NCBI RefSeq assembly: GCF_016433145.1
Contig: NC_058130.1
Location: forward strand, 143,506,426 to 143,570,425
From: Gracilinanus agilis
Lineage: Eukaryota
DNA length: 64,000 nt
Direction of reading: 5' to 3'
Shown here: piece by piece, positions 44,301-56,805 of the stretch
How positions within the stretch are numbered: position 1 is the first letter of the stretch
Layout: every line of letters starts with the position of its first letter
Notes under the pieces: generated by a model
Told to the model about the DNA's origin: nothing
Database searches by the model: none
What the model saw: the letters and a program-made list of their open reading frames with translations, nothing else
Translations under genes and position numbers: made by a program

Positions 44301-46554
44301 ATTAACTAACTTGTCCAAAGTCACACAGTAATTATCTGAGCTGGGAATTTGAACTCGAGTCTTCCTGACTCCAAGTTCAGCAATCTATCCACCTTGTTGC
44401 ATATGATTCTACTGGAACTTGTATTGTCTTTCCATATTAGAAAAGGGGTTCAAGAAGGGACAGAAAACTAACTCTCCCAGTTCCCAGTTTCATGATCCTT
44501 GTTTTCAAATATTCCAGAACCACAAATGACAACCACAGAGCCATTATTGCCATAGAAGTAGCAGCCAAATTGCCTGAGGAAACATAGGAGAGACATGGAA
44601 ATACGATGGAAAGAGCAGCTGACTTAAGAGTCAAAAGACATTCAATTGAGCCCTGGTTCCTTCTACACTTACAAGTCTTGTGACTATGGATATGAATTTT
44701 CTTATTTATAAAATATGGATAATAAAATTTTTGCCACCTTCCTCATAAGGCTGTTCAGAAAAAAATGAAAATGCTACACAAATGTGAGCTATTAGTACTA
44801 CTAGTTGCAATACTAGCATAAGGGGTTGTATTAATTAGAAATTTTGTATCTTTGGACTTCATCTCCTAGGATCCCTTTTCCCTTCATCCTCACATTTGCG
44901 TTTTTATTTTTTATATATTTTTATTTTATTGTTTACATAGTTCTGTAACTCCTCCCTCTCCTTCTTCTCCCCACATGCGCAGTCTGGGAAAGCCTCTCTT
45001 TACTGAAGATTATTTTCTTTCCTCTATTTTTCAAGTGATATTTTAATAAATCTTATAAAATATATTACTTGGAGTATTGGATATTAATTTTAATTCTCAG
45101 AGGGTCTTGCTTTGCACATGGGCGGATCTCTTAATATGAAGGCACAGCTTCTCTGAATTCCTATGCATAGGTTGGAAAAGATTCCTTTGCTTGATTGTGG
45201 AGCCAGTCTTTAAAACTACCAGATTGAGACAATCTCTCTTTTTTACTGGACATTCTTTCCTGCTATGACCAGAGGCTGAAGATGACAAACAGTTCAACCA
45301 CAGCACTTACACCACGAACTGAATAAGAATGGGAATCCATCTTCCTCCTCCTCTCTCTCTGTCTCTGCTTCTCTCTGTCTCTGGCTCTGTCTCTGTCTTT
45401 TTACTCTGTGGCTCCAAGAAAAAGGCCCAGAGTGTCTCTGTGTTTGTTCTATTTCCTTTGTCCTATTCAGTTTCAGATGCTGGTGGTAATTCTTTTGGAG
45501 CAGGAGTATGAGCTATGGTGATCTTGTAGCCAAGATTCCAGGCAGAATGTTGTAGCCAGCCAGCCATCCCAGCAGCAAAGCCCCAAGAAGCCATAGTGCA
45601 TGGACACCAAACTAACGGGGATTTTAGGCTCAGAACTAAAAATAGAGATAAGCCATGAATCTAGTCTCCTTCCATTCCTCATAGACTCAGGCAGAATAGT
45701 CATGTTCATATATTTGTTTTTATACCTTTGAAATAACTGTTTGTTTTGACTGTTAGTGTTTAAATTAAATTGACATTCTGGGGACCCCCTATGCTGGAGG
45801 GAACACCATCAGCAAGGGCTAGAGCCAATGACAGAGAGCCTAGACACCATTTACGGGACCAAAGTACCCTGGGGGAGCAGTGAGATGTAACCTCAATGTA
45901 ATAATAATACATGTAATAAATGATCCTTCAATCCGTGGGGTCTAAGAAGAGTCAGTGTGAAACTAGTGTTAAATAATCTTTTACCTGAGACCTCGCATAG
46001 CACTTGGTACTATAACTCTGTAATGTACTTAGTATATTACATATTTTATAGTATAGCATTTACCTGTGTCTAACTTCCCTTTTTTTTTTTTTTTTTTTTT
46101 TAAATTAAAAGGCTAGATTTGAAGAAAATGCCATCTAGGAAATTCAGAATGCTCCTTCCTCTATATAAAAGGCTGAAGACTGTGTCCTTGAAATCCCCTC
46201 TTGGGCTTCATTCCACATATTTTTACCCACCACTATCAAGACCACCATGACTCTTCAAGAGCTAAAAGGGAAAAAGGTGAAGAGATAATCCTAAAAAACT
46301 TAGAGCTTCCTGAAGAATTCAATTCTTCCTCCAGAACTAACTTTCAAAAGCAGATGAGCCCAATCTTCATGCTGCCTGACTCAGTGAGGTCAACTTGCTC
46401 TTTAAAGCATCAAAAGCATGGTCAGGCACTTGCTTTCATCCAATGACCAATGACCCATTTTGTTATCAAGTTGTTTAGAAATCTCCTTTATATAATTTTT
46501 ATCCCCCCAAACCCTTACTAAGTATTGACTCCAAGGCAGAAGAACAGTATGGAC

Positions 46555-46765
46555 CAGTGATGGGCAAACTTTGGCCTGTGGGCCACATGCAGGGGCCCCC
46601 TGAAATGTTCTATCCAGTGGCATGACATTATTCCTAATCTGACGAATACAATGAGTAGGATACAATACAATGAAAATTTGAAAGAGTTAGTTGCCTTAGA
46701 AACAAACTGACAGATGAGCATTTCCTTTCCTTTGGCCCCCTCTTTAAAATGTTTGCCCATCACTA
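46555..46765. mobile_element. hAT/Charlie-type (OposCharlie-like) MITE inserted into a SINE
   Basis: TIRs CAGTGATGGGCAAAC / GTTTGCCCATCACT(A); SINE sequence continues on both sides. Confidence 0.85.
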
Positions 46766-49700
46766 GACTAGACAATTGGGGTTAAGTGGCTTGCCCAGGG
46801 TTATAGATTTATGAAGTATCTGAAGCCAAATATGAACTCATTTCCAGGCTTTTGTATTCTGTTAAAGGGTTGATTAAGAATCCTCTCCAGTTCCATTAGA
46901 AATTGCCCCAATCCACTATATATGTGTGTGTACATATATATGTGTTACATATTTATTATACATGTATATATTCATATCAACTGAATTTTTTAAGTGCCTA
47001 TATTATACCCAAGGTAAATATACTAGGGCTTAGTTTCTTTATATTATGAAGGGTTGGACTAAATAACTTCAAGGACCCTTCTAGTTCTTACCTAAAGAAG
47101 AATCCTCTCTACATCTCCCAACATTCATCCATTACATAAAAGACCTTCAGTGATGTTATAACACAACTCAGAAATTCAATAAATGAACAAAATAAAATTA
47201 AGGAGTTGGTCTAGGCCAGTGATGACCACAGAGAGGGCTCTGCATGCTCTTTTTGGCACACATGTCACAGGCTTGCCATCACTGGACTAGGTGATCACCA
47301 AGGTCCCTTCTAATTCTAAATCCTATAATTCTACTCCAAGCATGAGAATTTCTAAAAGATACAAACTCTCTGACTAAGAATTAAGTGAATGCAAAAATAT
47401 GGAAGTCTTCTTAGAGATCCCTAGGTTCTAAAAGTCTCTGCCCAGACTATTCTTTTAGCCCACTTCCAGGTCAAAATACCAGAGAAAGTCTCTAGTTTAT
47501 TTTTACATCTTTCCAGCTTCCTTGTCACATTCCAGATTAAGTTTTCAGTCTTAACCTTCTAACAGCACCATCATTTACTGCCTTGCAAAGGATACTGACA
47601 GAGGAGTTAATAGCTACAAAATCTTGTTAAAGCTCATATTTTTCTCTGAAAAGAAAAAAAAAACTAAAATAAGTTTCGGGTTTTTTCCTGAAATGGTCAT
47701 TGATTGAAAGCTGCCAACTATTGCATATAGGGGAGGAAATAGTAAAAAGGCTCCCCATTCTTTATTTTAGGAGATACTACAAGGTATTCAGGTTTGAAGA
47801 ATTGGACCTAAAAAGTTAAACTAGAAAAGATAACAGAATTAGTTTACCCTTGGTCAAGGTTGTATGTATTCTGTTTATTTCAAACTAGAGCTAATAGTCT
47901 TCATGATTAATTTAAGATAACTCTTAAATGGTCTATTGATTTTCAGAAAGAAATGGGTAGATTCAAACATATATCATACATTTTACAATGCCGAAAGGGA
48001 CATTAGGCCTACCTAAGTCTTCTCAATCAGCAGAGCTTATGTGCAGAAGATCAATCACCTCAGTGATGAGAACTATGCAAAGCACTCTCTTACTAACTAC
48101 TAATTTGTACAAAAAGTCCTCATGTAATATTCATCCAAATAGATAAGTAATTATTAGGTACCTCTCTATATTCCAGGCTGGGTGCTAGGTGCTGGGGACA
48201 CAAAGACCAAAGTGAGACAGTTCCTGCCCTCAAGGAGCTTACATTCAATTGGGGAAATAACATATATAACAAAATACAAATTATTGGATAGGAAATGGTC
48301 CTGTGAGTTTACTAGCAGAGGAAACTCCCTCTACCAATGCAGATTTGCGCCTTCTCTATAATATATAGTTGTCTGGGACACCGAGTTTTCATGACTGGCC
48401 AATATTATGCAGCTAGTAAGATCAGAGATCAACACTTCAACTCAGACCCTCCTGGTTCCAAGAGAGTTTTCTATCCCCTGGATGCTGCCCTAATACAAAC
48501 CAAAGTGTAGAGATGAGTCTAAAGTAATGTGGGTTGACTTGACTGGCCTTGGAGAAGGAAAATCCATTAAGCTGAGCTTTAAAAGGAGTTGGGGATTCTA
48601 AAACGCAAAAGTGAGGAGGGGAATGTATTCTAGGCATGGAGTAGAGGCCTATGCAAAGGCACAATGGCAAGAGATAGAATGTTGCAAAATAAAAAACAAA
48701 ACAAAACAAAACAAGAAGACTAGTAGCTGAAATGTAGATTTTGGGGTGAAGACCCACAACAAACTAGGAAAGGCAAGCTGGATTAAGGTTGTGAATGTCA
48801 AATAGAGGAGTTAAAATTTTATCCTTGGGTAACGGAACCATTGGAGCCCTTGAGCAAGGGAGCCACAGGATCATGTAAGAAAACTGAAGGAATTGAGGAG
48901 ATTAAACTAGTAAGTGGTTAATTGTAGGAATTGAGTAAACATCTCGTGTCATAATTCTGGGACTAGCTTAGTCCCTTTTTATTTAATTATGGGCCCAAAT
49001 TCATTCTTGGGGGGAAAAGTTTACTCAACTGTGGGAATTGGGAGAAAACTTTATTGTATTGTTTGAACCTAGCTCTCTGCATGACCAGGAAACTGGACCA
49101 CCTGTACCTGCTGTTAGAGACCCTTAAGGACCTGGGTTATGTTGACCAGAAATGCAGTCAGATCTAAGATTGATACAAGGAGCTTTCTTATAATTGTACA
49201 TTTCAAGTAAACTATATGTCTTATCTGAAAACTGGTCCCATACTGATCAATCAGTTATTGTTTCTGTGTTCCTTAGGTTGTATACAAGTACTTAGGGAGG
49301 AGTGAGACACCTCTTTTCCTGAATTCAGGGAATTGTACCTGTTCATTCTCCCTCTCCCAATCTGGAAAATCCCCAATCTTTCATCCAGTTAGAAATCAGA
49401 TTACCTAATGTATTGTTTCCTTTTAATTAATTGGTTTTATTTGATTAAATATTTTAATGTACAAATATATATGTGTGTGTGTATATATGTAAATATATAT
49501 ACATATATATATATGTATATATATTCCTATGTTTCCCCGATAGATCTTTGTTAATGAATAGGATATCCAAATGGATTTCCTAATTCATCCAATGATAGGA
49601 TAAGTAGGTTTACCACCACCCCCATTTAAAGTCCAAGAATTTCTGCTAGTCCTAAAGGAGCCGGAATATTTCACCACTCCATGCTTTTCATTAAGGAACT

Positions 49701-49904
49701 CATCTTTTCTGGACCCAGACATACAATACGGACTGGAGGAGGCCATTTGATGAGAAATGGGGTAGGCTCACTTTTCTTATTCTCTGGGTCATTAAACCCC
49801 TTGTCCCAGCACCCTGGAGAAGTTATTTCAAGTTTAGGTTTATGAAATGCAAATTAAAGTAACAGGTTCTACCTCACATCTAGAAGGTGGGTTAAGTCCA
49901 CACA

Positions 49905-50640
49905 CATGAAAGGAAAAATGGCAACTGCTGCTATAGGGGCTGTGGAAAAACAGGCACATTCATGCATTGTTGATAAGCTGTAAACTGGTCCAAATATTCT
50001 AAAAAGCAATTTAGAGCCATGTCCAAAAGGTTATTAAACTGCATGCCATTTATCCAACAACTTCACCACTAGGTCTATATCCCAAAGAGTTCAAAAAGGA
50101 AAAGGAAATATATATATATACACACACACACACAAAATGTTTAAAGCAGCTCTTTTTTTTTTTTTAAACCCTTACCTTCCATCTTGGAGTCAATACTATG
50201 TATTGGCTCCAAGGCAGAAGAGTGGTAAGGGCTAGGCAATGGGGGTCAAGTGACTTGCCCAGGGTTACACAGCTGGGAAGTATCTGAGGCCAGATTTGAA
50301 CCTAGGACCTCCCGTCTCTTGACCTGACTCTCATTCCACTGAGCTACCCAGCTGCCCCCTAAAGCAGCTCTTTTTGCAGTGGCAAATAATTGGAAACTGG
50401 AGAATAGCTGAACAAGTCGTGTTTTATGAATGTGATGAAATAATAATGTGCTATAAGAATGATGAGGGAGATAGTGTCAGAGAAATCCAGGAAGACTTGT
50501 ATAAACTGATATAAAGTGAAGTGAGAAGAACCAAGAGAACAATATATACAATAATAATAACAGGCAAACAACTTTAAAAGACTTAGGAATTCTAATGGAG
50601 GTAATGGCCAACCATAATTTTAGAGGAATCATGATGAAAC
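49905..50640 (+). mobile_element. L1 3' fragment (ORF2 C-terminus remnant and 3' UTR) interrupted by a SINE
   Basis: GGGGCTGTGGAAAAACAGGCACATTCATGCATTGTTG resembles the L1 ORF2 C-terminal Cys-rich region. Confidence 0.7.
50158..50359 (-). mobile_element. Young SINE1_Mdo-type SINE with 16-bp TSD
   Basis: TSD taaagcagctcttttt at 50142-50157 and 50360-50375. Confidence 0.9.
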
Positions 50641-52042
50641 ATTGAACCTACCCTGTCAGAGGGGCAAGGTTTTTCCAAAAGTAGGGTATCAAAAGGTATT
50701 CAGTATATATATATAAAACACAGAAGTGCTCACACAGGAGAATGTTGATAAAAGTTTAATAATATATTTCCTGAAAAAAATTCCCACAATTTATATCTAA
50801 ATTTAATCTGGATGATTAACACTTTCTTAAGTCTTGACAAAAAGAAAACAACAACAATAAAGCAAGTCTTATAGAGTTTGCAGATTTCTAATGTGGAAAT
50901 ATTCACACTAAAAATTTAACAATCCACTCTCAGAGGTGGCTCCAGAAAAGCCTTTAAGTAACACTTAAAATAGGTAAAATGGTTTTCAACTCTACCTTTA
51001 CACTTACCTTAATAGGGTTGTTGAAAGGAAAGATCTCTGCAAACTGAAAAACATTATTATTGTATTTATATAAGGGGAGAAGATTTCTTTGTTAATGAGG
51101 ACTTTCCCTAAACTTTTTGGTTTCTCTACTGCACCTGGGTCCAGAAAGCCCAGAAGGTCAACAACCATTGGTTCAAGAGCACCAAGCCTTTATTTTAGCT
51201 AAAATAAACAAGTGAGTTGTAGTATGTATAAATTCATCTCAGTAATGAAATGAGTTATACACTATGAACAATAAATCATTAACTTTGGAAGTATTTTTTG
51301 CTGTTAGAGATATTTAATGTTCAGAACATTGCAGAAGAAAAAAAAAGATGGGTTAATAATAGCATATTTAAAATTATTTATATTTTGTTACCTAACATCA
51401 ATACTTCAAATGAGTGGTGAGTTCATCTGTGTGAATATTATCTCCACTGGCAGAGATCACAACCCCTCCATGGTGTCTATGGACAAAAAAAATCATTAGG
51501 TGACTTAGTGGTCCTTAGACAAGAAACACATAGTCCATTCCAAGGTCAATACTTCACAGTTTGGTCAGTTTTTACCAGTTCTTGAACTCTGTTAACATAG
51601 CCTTTGAGAATCCAAAGTCACCATAGGATGAAGTGTTAGAATAAAATTTTATTGGAAAACTACCATATGTCTTAAATAATACAACATATAAATCATTAGA
51701 TTTGGAGTTGATGTAAAATCTATCATCAAAATTTTAAAATGCATTTTAATAATGAATATTTTAAATTATGTACATATTTTTAAAATTATATTCTACAAGT
51801 ATTCTAAATATTATATTAGGTTATTCTAAAATTATATTCTAAGATTATTCTATCCCAAATGGATATTCTCCTTTAAAAGGTTGCTGATGCCTAGCTTAGG
51901 GATTTCTTACTTTACTCCAATGTGAAGAAATTTCCCTGTTGAGATGATATATGGCTGAAGTGTTTTACAGACACAATTCCAATTTGTTTGGCTCAGGATT
52001 AAAGCACTAGATTCAATCCTACAGTCACAGGTTTAAAGCCCT

Positions 52043-52870
52043 GTTGTTCAGTTGTTCATTCAGTCCAACTCTGTATGACCCCATGGGCCATAGCACACTA
52101 GGCCCTTCTATCTTCCACTCTCTCTTGAAGTCTATCCAAGCTTATGTTTCTTGCTTCCATGACAGTCTTTCCATCTTTGCCATTCCCTTTTCCTTTTGTC
52201 TTCAGATTTTTAAAGTGGAGATGCTCAAACTGAAAATTTAATAACACACTCTCAGAGGTACTTCCATTAGACCCCTTCCTACAAGTGACAGACTTAAAAT
52301 AGGCAAAATGGTTTTCAATTCTATTTTTACCCTTATCTTATGGGGTTGTTGTAAGGAAAGAACTTTGCAAACTGAAAAGTTCATATTCTATCCAGCAATC
52401 TTAATTCTGGCTTTTGATTCATCTAGCCTGACATTTTATATTCTTTCTATAAATAAAATAAATAAGGTGACAGCAAAGAACCTGGTATACTCCTTTTCCA
52501 ATTTTAAATCAATTGTTCCAAGTTCAGTTTTAACTGTTGCTTCTTGACCTGGAATACAAATTCCTCAGGAGACAAGAAAAATGAGCTGGTACCCTTATCT
52601 CTGAGGACTTGCCATATTTTGTTGTGATCTACACAGTCAAAGGCATTAGTATAGTAAATGAAGCTGAAGTAGATTTTTTTTCTGGAACTCCTTTGCCTCC
52701 TCCATAATCCAGCAAATGTTGGCAATTTGGTCTCTACTTCCTCTGCCTCTGCTAAAAACCAGGAGGCTCTTCTGTTGATTCTTGGGTCACCTAATTCTGA
52801 AGCCTAGCTTGCAGAATCTTAAGTATAACCTTGCTGGTGTGTGAAATGAGTGCAATTGTTCAGTAATTCA
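52043..52870 (-). mobile_element. BovB-like RTE LINE fragment with internal deletion/insertion
   Basis: Minus-strand KIYFSFIYYTNAFDCVDHNKIWQVL resembles BovB RT (IYFCFIDYAKAFDCVDHNKLW, recalled); BovA/MAR-like 3' tail at 52043-52085. Confidence 0.82.
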
Positions 52871-53152
52871 AAGCCTAAAACAACCCTTAATATCATGTTC
52901 CTTTAGTGCACTATCCCTGATCCTTGGGGCTTAAATTAATTGAATCATACATACTAATTAAACTAAGTTGAAAAGAGATATTAAAATATTACAGCACAGA
53001 ATATCAGAGCTGGAAGAGACTTTAAAACAAACAAACAAAAATAGAGAATGTTAGAACTGGGAGGGATTTTAAGGCATAGAATATCTAAATGTAACCTTCA
53101 AGATTATCTACTCTTGCCTCTCCCCCCCATTTTACAATTGAGAGAACAAAGG

Positions 53153-53357
53153 GGGCAGCTGGGTAGCTCAGTGGAGTGAGAGTCAGGCCTAGAGACAGGA
53201 GGTCCTAGGTTCAAGCCCGGCCTCAGCCACTTCCCAGCTGTGTGACCCTGGGCAAGTCACTTGACCCCCATTGCCCACCCTTACCAATCTTCCACCTATG
53301 AGACAATACACCAAAGTACAAGGGTTTAAAAAAAAATACTTAAAAAAAAAAAAAGAA
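53153..53357 (+). mobile_element. Young SINE1_Mdo-type SINE (variant tail) inserted in an older MIR-like repeat
   Basis: TSD gagagaacaaagg on both sides; near-consensus body. Confidence 0.88.
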
Positions 53358-54439
53358 GAGAGAACAAAGGCCCAGAATGGGGAAGTGGTTTGTGGCATAG
53401 TAGTCCACAACATTCCAAAGTGCTGCCAGAGAACCAGATTAAAATGTAATTGGGAAATATTTAATAAAACAAATAAAAACAAATAAAATAACTGTTTAAA
53501 AATAAGTCAGTATCTAGCCTTCAGGAATCCTCAAATAGGGATTAGTACCTTCCCCCTTCATCTCCACCCATTCTTCCTTTCTAACTGAGTTTAATACCAC
53601 TGGTCTAGCCTGGTAAAGTTCTTGACTCGGAAAGTAGGGATCTTTCTACCAGATCACACTTCTAATTATTCTGGCTGTTCCATCTCTGATTCTACCATTC
53701 AATGGTCAATTAAGTTGCCATTTTATCACAGTTTCTGACCTATGGAAGAGTAGGTTTCTTGGTTGTCTATTCTCTAGCTCTTCTCTGCCAAATAGTTTCA
53801 ATGGCTCTGGATTAAAGCACATAAGATATTCTCTTCTTTTCATCTTGTTCCTATTTCTCTGCCAGTAAATTATGCCCTTTGTTCCCTTCCCTATCCATCA
53901 TTTCATGCCCTTAGTTTAAAATTACATTCTTAGTGATATCTTTTGATTTTAAGTTGGCTACATTTCCTATATATCCTTCCCCTCCCTTGCTCCCAAAGTT
54001 ATTCCTTATATTTTTAAAAGTATTGGGGAGAACTAAGCACCATATTTGATAAAGTCTAATGTGTATAGCATCCTATACCCAAGTTGTCCCTTCCTCTCCC
54101 TGTCTACAGAGAAGCAAAGGGATAGGGTGGAGTGTGGAGGTACCTTCTCATTTGTCTTCTTTAGGATAAAGCCTAGTAATCGTAATTCCTCAATATTCAG
54201 TTTTGGTTTTTTGGTTGTTCTTTCCATTTACATTGTTGTAGTAATTGCATATGTCATTTTTCCTGGTTCTACTTACTTTACCTTATATCAGTTCCTATAA
54301 GTCTTATAATGTTTCTCTGTATTCAAGTAGTTCTAATGCTTCTGTTTTTATAATGTTCATTATTTCTAATAGCACAGTAGTATTAAATTTTACTCAAGTA
54401 CCACCATTTGTTTAGTTGTTGTTATTTAAAAGTGGGATG

Positions 54440-55390
54440 GGTATCTTATCTACTTGACAGAAAGGGTGGACAGGAAGGTGCTTCTACAAGCTGGGCCTGA
54501 TAAACTGGCCCAAGATCCTCAGGTAGTAATGGATCTAGGCTGAGCTGGGATAGTGATGCCTGGGTAGCCACCAAGGTGTGCTGGTGACCACCAGGGCTTA
54601 TGGTTAACTCAGCTAGGCGCCTTGACCCCACTAACAGTGCCCAAGCCAAGGTTATAGAGGGAGAAGCTGTATATGTTGTTCAACAGCCCCTCTGGTTCCT
54701 TGGCTAGGGATTAGGTTAAATGATAAGGATTGGTAATGGGATAGTTGGTATTGGATGGATAATGCTAACTGACTGGGATGCTGGTAATCCCTTTCCCCCT
54801 TTGCTGTGGCTATTCGCTTGCCCCTTCGAAGAATGCCAGCCTTCACTTGTATCAAGTTTGAAACAGGGTTTAATGCTTTGGCTCAAAGGGGTTAGGAATC
54901 AGGATAAGGAAAGAGGTGTTGGGAATGGCTATGTTATATCTAATGAGAGCTAAAGGTAATCTAAATCAATGAGTATCAGGTTGGTATTTGGCTGGAGATT
55001 CTTCTCCCCTCACGGACCGGACTGTGGTCAGACCTGACCGTGGTCTAGACCAAAGGAAAGGAAGAGATAATGATGTTCTTCTTGGCAGCTGTGCTGTTGA
55101 TTTCTCTCAGCTCTGTTTGGTAATAGATGATTAAACTTCTAATGGCAATAGGTATGGATGCTGGATCTGCAGGTCTATTGGCCTACCCACCCGTCACCTC
55201 TCACTGCTCCCAGAAATTCGCTTCTCAAGACTGAGACCAAGAATGGCTGAGCTACTGGGCTTTTATAGAGATAGTCCCAACTGTCTTTTGCCCTTGGCTC
55301 ATGCCATCTGGGTAAATTCCAAGTTCTATAACCGACGATCTGTCACTCAAGTTGTTCTCCATCTTTTTCCAGAGGCTATCTATAACACCA
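54440..55390 (-). mobile_element. Probable LTR element inside an L1 3' remnant
   Basis: Minus-strand TATA (ctataaaag) near 55260, TG start near 55388; flanked by L1-like 3' UTR sequence. Confidence 0.4.
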
Positions 55391-56626
55391 TTTCCCAACC
55401 AATGTTCCCTTCATTTTCAAACGAAACCCAAAAGCACTTCACAATTCCATTCCTTTGTTGTCACTCATCCAATTAGACCAGATATTCTCCAGCTTGAGAT
55501 CTCATATCTCCTGAAAATTCAGGGCCTTATAATATACTTATTGTCTTCTTGATGTCTTTTTCTTTTCATCACATCCATTTCCAAATATCCTAACATCCTC
55601 TACTCAGCAAATCTTTCCCTGTAAAAAAATTCTTTTTTTCTTTAAAACAGTTCAGCAAAACAGACTAACCCACTGACCATGTCTAAGGGTCATCTGCTAC
55701 ATTTCACATCTTTAGTCTCCATCTCTTCAATGAAAAAAGGAGTATATGTCATTTCTACTTGGGGTCAAATTTGATATGTGTATATATTAAAGACAACTTT
55801 ACTGATCTTCCTCTTCTCCTCAGAAACTAGTGCCTTCTCTCCCAGAATTACTTTTTATTTTGTCTGTAATTTGCATATACTTATACATATATACATAACC
55901 TGCCTTTCAAAGCACAGCAGTGACAGGATGCCCAGAAATAGATGTCTCTGACTGGGATAGGTTTGCATCAAAGTCTGGGAAGAACAGAGATGCTCAGTCT
56001 GAGTAATATGTGGAGTGACTTGTTTTCTTCCCAGCAAAACTAACAAACACAGAAACACTGGTGGCAGTGTGGTTGTATTATATTGAACTCTTTCCATTTG
56101 GGTGAGATAAGTCCTTCCCTGACACTCTGATGGGAAGGTATCAATGAATTGTCCTCTTCCAGTATACAAGCAGAAAGCCCTTCTGGCTCCCTCAAATCAA
56201 GACAAATCTCTAGTTGCTGCCATATATTCACTATGCTGATTAGTTCCTATCCTCCCATTAAGCATTCTATTTGATAAGTCCCTTTTATGTTTCAATTTAT
56301 CTTCTTTGATGCATAGGACTATTTTTTAGCAATCTAACCTTGGTTATGTGATCATAGATTGGGGGTGGTTGAGGGGAGATGAACTTGGTCCAAAATGAAC
56401 AGAAGAGATTCCCCTCAGTGTTCAGCTCTGGGAGACAGCCCCCAGGACTAAAGTAAGGAAAGAATTATGAGCTTCCCTGCCTGAAGCATCAGCATCATCA
56501 CCCAAAGAATTTTAGGACAGGCCAAGGGAATAGACAAAAGGGTAAATAAAGATTAGAATAATGCTATAATCAAACCTGCATTTATTCCTAGCCAAAACAC
56601 TAACCAATGTTAGAAGTCTATCAGCA

Positions 56627-56805
56627 GGGGCAGCTAAGTGGCTCAATGGATGAAGAGGTAGACCTAAAGACAGGAGGTCCTGGGTTCAAATCTCAGATAT
56701 TTCCTAGCTATATGATCTCAGAGAAGTCACTCAATCCCAATTGCCTAGCCCTTCCATTCTTCTGCCTAGGAATCAATTCTAAGACAGAAGGTAAGAGTTT
56801 TTTTT
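56627..56805 (+). mobile_element. SINE1_Mdo-type SINE
   Basis: Family head, core and tail; TSD-like aagtctatca / aagtctctca. Confidence 0.8.

Noticed and set aside
53153-53240. tRNA-like A/B-box sequences here and in other SINE heads
   Set aside because: tRNA-derived SINE 5' regions followed by CORE and A-tail, not tRNA genes.
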